Below, one piece after another: positions 27,688 to 38,088 of a stretch of DNA of 64,000 bases (positions within the stretch are counted from its first letter, which is position 1; every line of letters starts with the position of its first letter). Source of the DNA: Candidatus Zhuqueibacterota bacterium (GTDB lineage: Bacteria > Zhuqueibacterota > Zhuqueibacteria > Thermofontimicrobiales > Thermofontimicrobiaceae); the NCBI GenBank assembly GCA_049322915.1, contig JBMOPW010000020.1:128001-192000 (forward strand), written 5' to 3'. The notes beneath the pieces are model-generated. The model had not been told where the DNA came from. It did not search any database and saw nothing but the letters and a program-made list of their open reading frames with translations. Both the position numbers and the translations under genes were made by a program.

Positions 27688-30531
27688 ATGAAAAAGAATA
27701 GAATTTCATGTTGCGTTTTGCTAACGATTTTATTTGCGCAGATTTCACTTGGAGCCGATTTTACAGTGCGCGGAAGGGTGACAGATTCGCAGACCGATGC
27801 CCCGCTTCCCAAAGCAAATGTCATGATAGAAGGAACTTCCCTGGGAACGATCTCAGATGATGCCGGTCGTTTTACTCTGAAAATTCCCAACCCAGGGACT
27901 TATGTCCTTCAGGTCAAATACATCGGATATAAGAAATACAGGCAGTCGCTAAACTTTTCGTCCGATCGAATTGTGGAGGTGAATATTGCCCTGGTACCCA
28001 CTGTCATTTCCAGCCAGGGAGTGACGGTTACGGCGAAAGCTGATGTGAACAGGGCTATGGAGCGGAAAACGCCGGTGGCGTTCACTAAACTGGACGTGGT
28101 TGAAATACAGAGAAACTACACCACAGGCGATCTGCCGGAGCTCATTCAGGATGTGCCTGGCGTTTGGACTTCCAGCGCCGGTCTTGGCGAATCGGAAATT
28201 ATAGTCCGTGGTTTTACCTCCGACAAAGTGCGTTTTATGATTAATGATATTCCCATGAATGAGCCGGAGGACAACCAGGTTTACTGGTCGAACTGGGCAT
28301 CGCTTTCCAGCACAGCACAATCCATCGAAGTGCACCGCGGTCCCGGTTATTCGCTGTACGGGCCGGCGGCGTTTGGCGGCTCGGTTCACATCGAAACCAT
28401 GGGTGTCGCTTTGGTACCGGGTTCGATATTTCGAGTTTCCAGCGGTGTTTTTCAGCGACTTGGTATTAGCAACGGGATGAACGCCGGCCGTGTGTTCAAT
28501 CCCGAAGTTCCGGGAGAGATGACCGAAGCGACAAATGCGATAAATTATACCTATTCACTCAGAATGAATTCCGGTCCGCTTATGAAAGGGAAACTGAATG
28601 TATGCGCATTTCTGGAATATAAAACCGGCGATTCCTATCTTTATGGGACAACGTACGACGGCTACTCTTTTGGTCTCGAAGCAGAGAGTCTGTTGCGCCA
28701 GCACCGACTTCGCTTCAGCTTCTTCATTTCACCTCAATCGCATAACCAGGCCTTTGCTCTGCAGGACATCGATTTGCTGGATTCCATTGGCCGTGAATAC
28801 AACCGGAAAGATCACAGTTACCAGGAAAATTATTATTCGAAACCATTCTGGTCGTTGAAACACGAATGGACTATCTCAGATAAGCAAATTTTGGTGAGCA
28901 GTGTTTATTATACTATTGGAAAAGGCGCCGATCAAACGCTGGTGAATGATGTGTTTGATGTGAACACTGGTGCTGTCGAATTTCAGCCCGTTAATACTGG
29001 CACAACGCTGCAAGCGTTCGGAAAACATGCTGCATTTTTGTATGAAAAATTTGGCCTGTGGTGCACCGATTTTATGCCGTTGAATGAAGATTGGTCTTTG
29101 TCCGATCCGTACAATCAAAACAGCTACAAGCAAACATTAGTCGGGAGATCCGGCGTCAATCTTTTCACTGAAAATCATGATCATAGCTGGCAGCGGAGAA
29201 ATCGCCGAGATCACAATCAATTGGGGATTTACAGTTACTATAAAAGAGACATTGGAGCAAAAATTCAGGTGATTGCCGGAGGCGAGGGACGCGTCTGGCG
29301 TGGCCATCGTGAAGCAGAGATCTGGTATTTGAAGTTCGGGCCAGGCATCACGTTCAGGGGCCTGGATGTTCACAATATCGTCGGCGAAAATGTGCAGACC
29401 GACCAATTGCAATCGCTATATAATTATAATACAGAAGTAGATAATTTATCGGTATTCTCTCGCGTTAATTTAAATCCGTTCGAGGATTTTACGTTGCAGG
29501 CGGGCGGGCAATTTGCCTTCACAAACATGAAAGTTATTGAAAATCCAATTCGTTTTTTGGATATCGGCAGTTTTCTTTTTTTTAAGGACTCCTATCGCAC
29601 TTCAGCGGATCAGATCAATGAAGATGGCTCACTAAAATTCACTGATGGCGACTATAAAAGATCATTCAACTTTTTTACGCCATGGCTGGGGTGCAACTAC
29701 AATATAACAGAGACAATGAATGCATTTTCCAACTACGCGACATCAAAAAAAGAACCTGCTATTCTGGACTGGTATGATTTCGCAGAAGGTCCCATGTTGG
29801 CAGAGGCAAACGGGAGGAAATTGCAGCCGGAAACAGCAACCAGCCTCGAAGTCGGAGTGGGGTATAAAACATTACTTTTGGAATCGAAATTGAATTGTTA
29901 TTACACGCGCTACAGCGACAAGATTGAATCGGTCATCGATATTAACGAGCAGCGGCGAACCATGAACGCTGGCCGCGCTGTTTTCCAGGGATTTGAGTGG
30001 GAATTCAAGGGGAAGATGATGGATTTTGATTTTTCCGGCACGGCAACAATTTCCCGAAACCGCTGGATTTCCATGAATGTTGATTCAATCTTCGGCGCAG
30101 CGGCAACAGATGTGAAGGGTAAGGTTGTGCCTTTTGCACCGGAGCGAATGTTTTCAGCCTGCTTCGGATATCGCTTCGAACCATTTCCTAGTCATAATTA
30201 TCATTTTGCATTCCGTTTGAATTATTGGGACGAGTACTACGGCACTTATACGAACGAACATATCGATGCCAAAGGATATGTAAAAAAAGCCAAATTGCCT
30301 TATTTTCTCGACATCAGCGGTCAGTTAAGTTTTACGAAGATAATGAAAAAAGTCGATCTCACGTTTCGGCTCGATGTGAATAATCTACTCAACCGTCGAG
30401 ACAATTTCATGCGCGCGCAGTACACAATCGATTACACCCGAAATGATATTCTTGCCGGAAAATATAACTGGTATGTGTTGCAAGCGCCGCTTTTCAATGT
30501 GTTTCTGACAGGCGAGGTTGCCATTCATTAA
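27688..30531 (+). CDS. TonB-dependent receptor (CarboxypepD_reg N-terminus, no STN)
   Basis: VRGRVTD..PLPKANV, plug VRGF...INDIPMN...YWSNW...RGPG.S.YG...GGSV, LQPETATSLEVG, DVNNLLN. Confidence 0.93.
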   Translation: MKKNRISCCVLLTILFAQISLGADFTVRGRVTDSQTDAPLPKANVMIEGTSLGTISDDAGRFTLKIPNPGTYVLQVKYIGYKKYRQSLNFSSDRIVEVNIALVPTVISSQGVTVTAKADVNRAMERKTPVAFTKLDVVEIQRNYTTGDLPELIQDVPGVWTSSAGLGESEIIVRGFTSDKVRFMINDIPMNEPEDNQVYWSNWASLSSTAQSIEVHRGPGYSLYGPAAFGGSVHIETMGVALVPGSIFRVSSGVFQRLGISNGMNAGRVFNPEVPGEMTEATNAINYTYSLRMNSGPLMKGKLNVCAFLEYKTGDSYLYGTTYDGYSFGLEAESLLRQHRLRFSFFISPQSHNQAFALQDIDLLDSIGREYNRKDHSYQENYYSKPFWSLKHEWTISDKQILVSSVYYTIGKGADQTLVNDVFDVNTGAVEFQPVNTGTTLQAFGKHAAFLYEKFGLWCTDFMPLNEDWSLSDPYNQNSYKQTLVGRSGVNLFTENHDHSWQRRNRRDHNQLGIYSYYKRDIGAKIQVIAGGEGRVWRGHREAEIWYLKFGPGITFRGLDVHNIVGENVQTDQLQSLYNYNTEVDNLSVFSRVNLNPFEDFTLQAGGQFAFTNMKVIENPIRFLDIGSFLFFKDSYRTSADQINEDGSLKFTDGDYKRSFNFFTPWLGCNYNITETMNAFSNYATSKKEPAILDWYDFAEGPMLAEANGRKLQPETATSLEVGVGYKTLLLESKLNCYYTRYSDKIESVIDINEQRRTMNAGRAVFQGFEWEFKGKMMDFDFSGTATISRNRWISMNVDSIFGAAATDVKGKVVPFAPERMFSACFGYRFEPFPSHNYHFAFRLNYWDEYYGTYTNEHIDAKGYVKKAKLPYFLDISGQLSFTKIMKKVDLTFRLDVNNLLNRRDNFMRAQYTIDYTRNDILAGKYNWYVLQAPLFNVFLTGEVAIH

Positions 30532-30570
30532 TTTGATGAGGACAGTCATAAATATTAAAGAGGGAAAAGA

Positions 30571-31515
30571 ATGAAATTTAAGAAATTATTATTCGCTGCT
30601 CTGTTTTTCTTGTTGTTCTTTTCTTCCGCGTTGTTGTCGCAGGACGAAATCTCTCACCTGAAAGTTACGGGTAAACTGGGAATTCTTTTGGCTGCGGATA
30701 GGGGTGCGGAAGATGGTATTGAAATTGATTGGGTTTACGACATGAAACGAATTGTAATGAACGATACCTTTCATGTCGGAACAGCGGTTGTGTCCAGAGT
30801 AGAACCTAAAATGTGTTATTTGAAACCATTCTTTGTGAGTCCGTTCAGGGCACGGGAGAATGATGATTTATTTAAAAATGTGGCTTTGACCGAAAGTCTC
30901 ATGCGCACCAAATCGAATGATTTCTGGAACGAAATTCAGAGCTGCAATGCGGGTGTTGGCAACCTTGATTTTATTGATGGTAGGAATTTCAGGAACTGTG
31001 TTATCACCATGAAGGACGGGGTAAGCGTCAAAGTGAAAGATCTCATTGTAAAAGCGAATGAAGGAATATTAATACCGCAAAAATACACAACCAAGCGGGA
31101 GCTTGTGCCGATTGAGGGTATTCAAAGTATCAAGACTTCCACAGGTAACTATGCATTATTTGGCGCGGTGATTGGGGCTTCGATTGGCGGAGGAGCAGTG
31201 CTGCTGTTGCATCAGAGCAATGTTGAATTGGACACTACTTATTACTTCGTAAGTTCGCTGAATCAGTACGGCAACATCATCGGCTGGTCCAAGATGATGA
31301 AGGTAGTAAAAAAAGACCATCGGCTACCAATGTTCACGCGGATTGCCATGGTAAGCGGCGGTTATCTTTTAGGCTCAATCATCGGATACGCGTTCAAAGG
31401 TAACTATAAGGAAATCTATTCATCGGGAAAGTGGGATGGAAAAATGTCCTTGAATTGGAATATTACCCAGCCCTGGCCGGATGCGATTGGTATCAACCTC
31501 AATCTTTGTTTTTGA
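30571..31515 (+). CDS. Hypothetical exported protein with two Gly-rich hydrophobic helices
   Basis: Signal peptide, good RBS, GAVIGASIGGG and GGYLLGSIIG segments, C-terminal GINLNLCF. Confidence 0.75.
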   Translation: MKFKKLLFAALFFLLFFSSALLSQDEISHLKVTGKLGILLAADRGAEDGIEIDWVYDMKRIVMNDTFHVGTAVVSRVEPKMCYLKPFFVSPFRARENDDLFKNVALTESLMRTKSNDFWNEIQSCNAGVGNLDFIDGRNFRNCVITMKDGVSVKVKDLIVKANEGILIPQKYTTKRELVPIEGIQSIKTSTGNYALFGAVIGASIGGGAVLLLHQSNVELDTTYYFVSSLNQYGNIIGWSKMMKVVKKDHRLPMFTRIAMVSGGYLLGSIIGYAFKGNYKEIYSSGKWDGKMSLNWNITQPWPDAIGINLNLCF

Positions 31516-31572
31516 AATTTAAAGCATATTCACGTTTGGGCAGAATGTCGAATTTAAGCCAGGAGTCCAAAG

Positions 31573-32463
31573 ATGAGAAGGATAGTACTGATTATTTTAT
31601 CACTGTTCATTTCAGTTCTTTTCATGCAATGCACAAGCTATACCATCAATGTAGCAACAGTGCCGGCAAAGAAAGTAGAGATATATGTGAATGATGAATA
31701 CAAAGCGACGACAGATGAAAATGGCACGGCCACCATGAAAATTGATGGCGCATCGTTTGAGGAAATGCAGCTTGTTGAAGCGAAGGCTGATAATTACTAC
31801 GGCTTTGTAAGTGTCAGTTATGGCAAAGGCGTTTCACCCGAGACGCAAAATGTATATTCGGTTGTCAATCCCAACCCAAAAGAAGGTAAGCAGAAAGCAA
31901 AGATGCATTACAACATTGTTTTCATGATCCCTGAAGGTGAAACAACTCAGCCACGGTTTGTTGAATCAAAAATTGCAGCGATAAAAGAAGACACATCGTT
32001 TCTGGATGAATCTGAACTCGATTCACGGTTTGAGCAATGCGCGTACATCGCCACAAAGAAAGAAAAGGATGATTTCGAGAAGCTTTCATTTGAAGAGAAA
32101 AAAATATTCTGGCGTAATTTCTGGCAGAAACGGGATTTGGACTTGAGCACGGAAATTAATGAATTTCAAATTCAGTATTTTGATCGTGTTCGCAAGGCCA
32201 ATAAAGAATTCTCTGTGCAAAAAAAAGAAGGGTGGGAAACCGATCGCGGAAGGGTCCTCATTCTTTATGGAGACCCTGATGAAGTTGAATTATTCCCCCA
32301 ACTAATGGAAACCAAAGCGTACGAAATTTGGCGCTATTACGGACTGCAAGGGGGCATTGAATTTGTGTTCGTCAGCTTACGCGGAGGACGCGACATGCGG
32401 CTGGTTCATTCCACAGCGCAAAATGAATTGTTCGATTCCAACTGGGAGCGCTGGTTGAAGTGA
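31573..32463 (+). CDS. GWxTD-domain lipoprotein with PEGA-like N-terminus
   Basis: Lipoprotein-like FMQC; FW..RD...NE...R...AN.EF...GWETDRGRV...YG.P...E.W.Y. Confidence 0.88.
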   Translation: MRRIVLIILSLFISVLFMQCTSYTINVATVPAKKVEIYVNDEYKATTDENGTATMKIDGASFEEMQLVEAKADNYYGFVSVSYGKGVSPETQNVYSVVNPNPKEGKQKAKMHYNIVFMIPEGETTQPRFVESKIAAIKEDTSFLDESELDSRFEQCAYIATKKEKDDFEKLSFEEKKIFWRNFWQKRDLDLSTEINEFQIQYFDRVRKANKEFSVQKKEGWETDRGRVLILYGDPDEVELFPQLMETKAYEIWRYYGLQGGIEFVFVSLRGGRDMRLVHSTAQNELFDSNWERWLK

Positions 32464-32645
32464 GTTCGTTGTGAAATGGGCAAAAATCCTTCGTACTGGG
32501 ATTCCAAATCACAAAAGATTTGGTGGGCACTGCCTTGAAAAAACGATTTTCATTAGAAGAAATTGTCTGAGCCGATCTTTCGATTCCTGCTAAGTTACAG
32601 TATAATTTTAAAAGCGTAAAACAATATTTTTAACTTGAGGCAAGG

Positions 32646-33398
32646 ATGAATAAAAAGATTAATCACGTACTTTTCATTTTATCATTCACGTGCCTATCTC
32701 ATTTTTACTGTGATTTTGTCAGGCTGACAGAGGAAGAAATCGTGAAGATAAATTATCTGCCTGTCTTTAATTTTGTTACCATAGAAATTCCTCAGAAAAT
32801 GGTGACTTCTACAGATTCAATGGCGCAGAGACTACTGAAATTATTGGAATTTCATAATAGCATGCAGAATTACGTTGAACTTTTGGAGATGCCATTAGAT
32901 AGCATGGATGCCGGGCCGCCTTGGGAAAAAAAGATTAAACTGGAGAAGGGTGTGCTTACTACACTTTATTTGTATTATGAACAGGATATGGAAAGCTACG
33001 TTTGGAATGTTACAAAATCGGGTTATGACTCCCTTTCCGAAGTGACATTTGATGACTGGCTCAGTGTCATTGCTGAATATGAGCCAGCCAGTGGTTCGGA
33101 ATATCTTTCGGTATTTGATAAGAACACTGATTGGTATAAAGTACGGATGTCGTTTAATTATTCAAGCGCCGGGAAAATGATTCTCTTGCTTTATACGACC
33201 TATCTGGTTGATCTTCCAGGACATTTCGTGATCGAATATTTCGATGAAGTCCAAACTATAAATACCGAGTTTCACGCTAATGGGCATGTTGCGTATTTGG
33301 AAGGTTTCATTTATTTCGATATTTATTGGAATGAACAGGGCAACGGATACTGGCGGCTCACAGAAGAAGGGGAGATCGCTGAATCAGGTACATGGTGA
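32646..33398 (+). CDS. Hypothetical protein, probable lipoprotein
   Basis: 250-aa ORF with RBS and signal-like N-terminus ending near Cys; no family recognised. Confidence 0.7.
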   Translation: MNKKINHVLFILSFTCLSHFYCDFVRLTEEEIVKINYLPVFNFVTIEIPQKMVTSTDSMAQRLLKLLEFHNSMQNYVELLEMPLDSMDAGPPWEKKIKLEKGVLTTLYLYYEQDMESYVWNVTKSGYDSLSEVTFDDWLSVIAEYEPASGSEYLSVFDKNTDWYKVRMSFNYSSAGKMILLLYTTYLVDLPGHFVIEYFDEVQTINTEFHANGHVAYLEGFIYFDIYWNEQGNGYWRLTEEGEIAESGTW

Positions 33399-33455
33399 TA
33401 TTGTTCAGACAGTTTATGTGCGTCGGAGACTTCATATACCTGGCGTATTTATCGA

Positions 33456-33656
33456 ATGAACAAGATAATTTTCCTATTTGTCTCAACAGCTATTGTCCTA
33501 TTCGCGTCCGATTAGCCAACGCCACAGGAATTTATCCTGAAACAGGGTTGCTTTATTCAGCACTATCTTTTCGATTTTATTGCAAGACCTGCTGCACTTG
33601 CTGCTTCAGCGGATTCCGTGTCCCAGACAATTGTTGTTAGCCTGCATTATTCATAG
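33456..33656 (+). pseudogene. Possible remnant of a secreted protein gene
   Basis: MNKIIFLFVSTAIVLFASD, then in-frame TAG (33513), then PTPQEFILKQG...; signal-peptide-like start. Confidence 0.35.
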
Positions 33657-34142
33657 TATTTTTAAAGGAGGCTGGCTAACCTGAATGGTGCTCTTTTTAG
33701 AATAAACGTACAAAAACTGAGTTTCAAAATTGCTTAACCTTTAGCTAATTGAAAATCTGAATGTTGACTCAAATTCTGAGCATGTTCATGAATAATTCAG
33801 GTTAGAATTCAAAAATAAAATTCCACTATTGACTATACCGCTCTTTTTGAGGTTGAGAAATAGGAAGTAACATGAAATTATCAATGGAAGAAAATACGGG
33901 CCAATGACAACGGTGTATAGGTGACAACTTATCCGATATCATTTCAATATATTTGCAGAATTCATTGCAGCGGAACGGATACAAACTCCGGGAAACAGGT
34001 CGAAAATTGGCTTTTTTTTAGAACAAGTCAGAGAGTCTGATGTTGTTATAATCCAGGGGGAGCAGAGATTGGTATATGACTGTCAATTAGTACTTTTGAG
34101 CAGAAATCAATTTGTGTGCACCAAATAATTTGAAAAATCATA

Positions 34143-34171
34143 TTGCTTTATTGTAACGGAATCATTACATT
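34143..34171 (+). promoter_or_regulatory. Putative sigma-70 promoter
   Basis: TTGCTT-N17-TACATT about 35 nt before the GTG start. Confidence 0.5.
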
Positions 34172-34206
34172 GAGCCGTGTAAACGAACATCACGAAAGGA
34201 GCTACC

Positions 34207-35628
34207 GTGAGAACAGGCAGGACTCAAACCACGTTTCGATTCATCCGGTGGATCGGAGTGAGTCTTTTTTTCATTCTTCTTCCGATGAATTCGGCAGATG
34301 CCCAGGTTGAGAAAGATGGATTTGTGCTGGACTTCAACCGATTCAGCCTTAAAAATGGGGATTCATTTGTCGAGATTTATTACTCCATTCCGAGGCAAAA
34401 ATTGAACTATCAGGCAATCAGCGATGGGCATCAGGCGGGTGGGCTCATTCAAACCTTTATTAAAATGGGCGATAAAGCCATGCTGGCCGATAGCCTGGTC
34501 ATCACCGATGTCACCAAATCGCTTTCGGAAATTACTCCAACCCAGAAATTCACCGAGCAGACCAATATTCAATTATCCCCGGGCCGCTATGAAATTGTCA
34601 CGCGGTTCATCGACCTCGTCTCGAAAAAAATGACTCTGGTGACAGATAGCATTCGCATCTCTGCCCGGGCGACGATGCCGGCCATCAGCGATATTCAATT
34701 GGCCAGTACCCTCAGCCGGCAGCCGAAAGCGGAGAACAAATTCGATAAAAATGGACTGCGGGTCGTCCCCAATCCATCGCGCGCGTACGGCTCCGGCTTT
34801 TCGAAACTCTTCTATTATGCGGAAATATACGCGCTGGAATTCCAAGGCGCCGGAAGCGATTCCACGTTTTGTGTGAATTATGCGGTGCTGGATGTCTCCG
34901 GCGCTGTTGTGAAGCAAGTGCCCGGCAATCATCAGACAAAACCGGGCAGTTCGGCTGTCATTCACGGTTCCTTTGATCTGGAAGGATTGTCCAGCGGTTT
35001 CTACAGTTTCCAAATCGAGGTCACGGACGATCGGAATGGCCGAACTGCGGTGCAGCAGAAGGAATTTCAGATTTTCAGGCCCGGCGATTTTCTCGTTTCC
35101 CAGACGGAAAGTCCTAAGCCCATAGAAGAGACCGGCAAAGTCGATGATGAATTTGCATTGATGAGTGAGAAGGAGATCGATGACTATTTTCTGATGGTGA
35201 AATACATAGCCCTGAAGGATGAAAAGAAACTGTTCGATAATCTCGACCTCAATGGCAAACGCAATTTTATGAATAACTTCTGGCAGCAGCGGGATCCTGA
35301 GCCGAGAACTGCCATCAATGAGCGGAAGAAAGAATACCTGGAGTGCATGGGTCGCGCCAATGAACAATTCTCCATGGGCCAGAAAATGGGGTGGAAGACG
35401 GATCGCGGTCGCGTGCTGCTGGTATATGGTCATCCCGACGAAATCGAGAGTGTCCCTTCCGACGGGAGCACAAAGTCGTACGAGATCTGGCATTATTACT
35501 CTGTGGAGGGAGGGGTCATCTTTGTGTTTGTCGATATTATGAGAATCAAAGATTACCGGCTGGTCCATTCCACGCATCGCAATGAGATTCAGGAGCCAGG
35601 GTGGCAGGAGCGTTATCTGGGCTTATAA
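34207..35628 (+). CDS. GWxTD-domain exported protein
   Basis: Signal peptide, beta-sandwich domains (ISDIQLA, PNPSR, YYAEIY), FWQQRDP...GWKTDRGRV...YG.PD...YEIWHY. Confidence 0.9.
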   Translation: MRTGRTQTTFRFIRWIGVSLFFILLPMNSADAQVEKDGFVLDFNRFSLKNGDSFVEIYYSIPRQKLNYQAISDGHQAGGLIQTFIKMGDKAMLADSLVITDVTKSLSEITPTQKFTEQTNIQLSPGRYEIVTRFIDLVSKKMTLVTDSIRISARATMPAISDIQLASTLSRQPKAENKFDKNGLRVVPNPSRAYGSGFSKLFYYAEIYALEFQGAGSDSTFCVNYAVLDVSGAVVKQVPGNHQTKPGSSAVIHGSFDLEGLSSGFYSFQIEVTDDRNGRTAVQQKEFQIFRPGDFLVSQTESPKPIEETGKVDDEFALMSEKEIDDYFLMVKYIALKDEKKLFDNLDLNGKRNFMNNFWQQRDPEPRTAINERKKEYLECMGRANEQFSMGQKMGWKTDRGRVLLVYGHPDEIESVPSDGSTKSYEIWHYYSVEGGVIFVFVDIMRIKDYRLVHSTHRNEIQEPGWQERYLGL

Positions 35629-35640
35629 ATTATCCTGTTC

Positions 35641-35806
35641 CTAAATTGAGCGATTAGCGATTAGCAACCAGCCATCAGCTCTTACAAATTCAATCAGTTA
35701 AGCCTGACCCGCTTTTTCTGTTTTAGGTGATTTCAGGCTTGTATCTAACGCCATGTTATTTCTTTCGCTGAACGATGATCGCTGTAAGCTGACCGCTTAT
35801 TTTACG
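35641..35806. repeat. Miniature element with opposed heptamer arrays, copy 1
   Basis: First 40 nt are 35/40 identical to 51057-51096; AGC recurs every 7 nt at the left end and GCT at the right end. Confidence 0.7.
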
Positions 35807-35833
35807 CTATCATTAAAATCAAAGGCATGAAGT

Positions 35834-36958
35834 ATGGTCAAAGTATCGGAACGTTTACTCTCTCTTGATGTGTTTCGTGGACTCACGATCGCCGGGATGA
35901 TTCTGGTCAATAACCCCGGCAGTTGGAGTCATATTTATCCGCCGCTGGGACACGCTCCCTGGAATGGCTGGACTCCCACAGATTTCATCTTCCCTTTTTT
36001 CCTGTTCATCGTTGGCGTGGCCATGTCGCTTTCGTTCTCGAAACGAATTGAACAGGGCGATGGTTTGGCGCAATTGATGGGCAAGGTGACCAGGCGAACT
36101 CTGATTATTTTTGCCATCGGTCTGTTCCTGAATTTATTTCCGTTCTTCAATTTCAATGTAGTCCGCATTCCTGGCGTGCTGCAACGGATTGCGGTCTGTT
36201 ACTTCTTCGCTGGGCTCATCATCATTTACGCCAATAAAAAATTTCAGATTGTCTGGACGGCTGGATTGCTGATCGGCTACTGGCTCCTGGTGAAGCTGGT
36301 CCCTGTTCCGGGATACGGCGCCGGTGTGCTGGAACCGATGGGCAGCCTCTGCTGGTACGTGGATAGCAATCTGCTGGCCGGACATACCTGGCGAGGCGCC
36401 CCGGTGCCGGGTTTCGATCCTGAGGGATTGGTCAGCACACTGCCGGCAATCGCCACGGTGATGTTCGGCATTTTCGCCGGGGATTGGATTCGTTCTCCGC
36501 GCGATCACTTCGAGAAGATCAGCGGCATGTTTGTGTTCGGCGTGCTGGGCCTTGTGCTCGGCGAAATGTTAAAAGGCTGGCTGCCCATCAACAAGAATCT
36601 CTGGACAAGCACCTATTCCATTTTCATGGCTGGCATGGCGCTCATCTTCCTGGCTATGTGCTACTGGTTCATTGATATCAAAGGATATAAACGCTGGGTG
36701 AAGCCGTTCATCGTGTTTGGCAGCAATGCCATCATCGTGTTCGCGCTGTCCTCGCTGGTTGCGAAGTTGTTTTACATCATCAAAGTGACCTCGCCGGATG
36801 GGGCCAAAATCACCGTGACCCAATTCATTTACACGAACTGGTTCCTACCCTGGGCCGGAGAACTCAACGGCTCCCTGTTTTATGCCATCGCCTACATTTC
36901 GATCTGGCTCGGTTTAGCCTGGTTGTTGTACTGGAGGAAAATCTTTATTAAAGTGTAA
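35834..36958 (+). CDS. nagX: NagX/DUF5009-family membrane protein (heparan-alpha-glucosaminide N-acetyltransferase-like)
   Basis: RLLSLDVFRGLTIAGMILVN, HAPWNG.T.TD..FP.FLFIVG, GVLQRI, DPEG, PINKNLWTS. Confidence 0.9.
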   Translation: MVKVSERLLSLDVFRGLTIAGMILVNNPGSWSHIYPPLGHAPWNGWTPTDFIFPFFLFIVGVAMSLSFSKRIEQGDGLAQLMGKVTRRTLIIFAIGLFLNLFPFFNFNVVRIPGVLQRIAVCYFFAGLIIIYANKKFQIVWTAGLLIGYWLLVKLVPVPGYGAGVLEPMGSLCWYVDSNLLAGHTWRGAPVPGFDPEGLVSTLPAIATVMFGIFAGDWIRSPRDHFEKISGMFVFGVLGLVLGEMLKGWLPINKNLWTSTYSIFMAGMALIFLAMCYWFIDIKGYKRWVKPFIVFGSNAIIVFALSSLVAKLFYIIKVTSPDGAKITVTQFIYTNWFLPWAGELNGSLFYAIAYISIWLGLAWLLYWRKIFIKV

Positions 36959-37487
36959 TGCGAGCAACGTATGAATTGTGCATCCTGCCTGGAACGACCG
37001 GGCAGGATGTCGGCGTATTCGTCACTCTTTTTGATCTGATACAGAATGAAAAATTCCCAGGGTGGAGAGAAGTCCGTTGCACGGGCTGCGCAGTCAGCGA
37101 ATTGACTCCGCCTTTCTGCTTTGTCTGGCTGAGGCCTCATGGAAGCAACGAATGATGCGAGTGAATTCGCAATGGCCGGACGTTACCGGCGCTTCGCAAT
37201 CGTCCCCGTCCACATCCTATGCTACTATCTCTTCGCTTCAGCGACCTGCCCCTCTTGTCGTTACACTTGAACATCGTCCCGGTTAATCCTGTCATCGCCC
37301 CGGCCCGACATCCTTTGTGTCGGGAGTTCATTCTATCTGCGATAGCATGGTGCAATCACTGAAAATTGCATACGCACGCCAACACCGCGGAGCTACATAA
37401 TTGAAATTGCGTTGAGAAATAGCCGAAGCGGGAATGGCAGCGTCGTGTGACTCTTCTTTTTATTTTCTCGCTGTGACTTTTTTTCGC

Positions 37488-37516
37488 TTGACTATCGGCG
37501 TCTTAATGTTTAAATT
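37488..37516 (+). promoter_or_regulatory. Putative sigma-70 promoter about 570 nt upstream of the S8 protease
   Basis: TTGACT-N17-TAAATT. Confidence 0.5.
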
Positions 37517-38088
37517 ACCCGTTGAATTTGACAAAGATAACTCGGATTCTCGATATGTCATTGCAGCGGATCCCGTCATTAGTGGTGCTGTGACTAAGAT
37601 GATTCGTGAAGTACGTTAACGCTGTTGAGTGTGAACTCAAAGAATGGTTTACGCGAAATGCTCGGCTTGAACGTAGTTATAACCTGATAAAGCAATGAAA
37701 TCTGGGTGGTTAGTGGTTGAGGTGAGAAATTCCTTTTCACTGAATTCGATGGATGAGTGAACCCATTTGAAATGAGAAAACCATGCGCCAACCAGGCGTT
37801 TTTCGGGGGGATCGCTTCACTTCTTTTGTTGATATTTTCGGTGTGAGAAATTCACGTCACGAAGAATTATTGAATCAACCCTTTCTCATTTTTTGCTTCC
37901 ACTTCCCTCGAAAACCGTGCGCAGAATCGATTGAATTTCAAACTGATTATAAATATTGAAAGCATAAGAAATTGCAGGATGAGCAATTTTGTATGTTGCT
38001 AAAAAATTGAGAAAAGGAGGTGAGACTCGGAGTTTACAAGTTATTAAGTTACTAATACACGTGATCGCAAACGAATACGGAGGACCAG

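Noticed and set aside
34573..35577. Long antisense ORFs (334 aa here; also 3810-4583, 23488-24300, 46867-48429)
   Set aside because: They lie opposite well-supported genes and have no recognisable motifs; they are codon-bias shadows.
36958..37430. Small ORFs downstream of nagX
   Set aside because: No convincing RBS, motif or coding-like composition.
37520..37800. Possible c-di-GMP or other riboswitch in the protease leader
   Set aside because: I could not match the GGCAAA/GAAA/GACGCAAA or any other known aptamer core.
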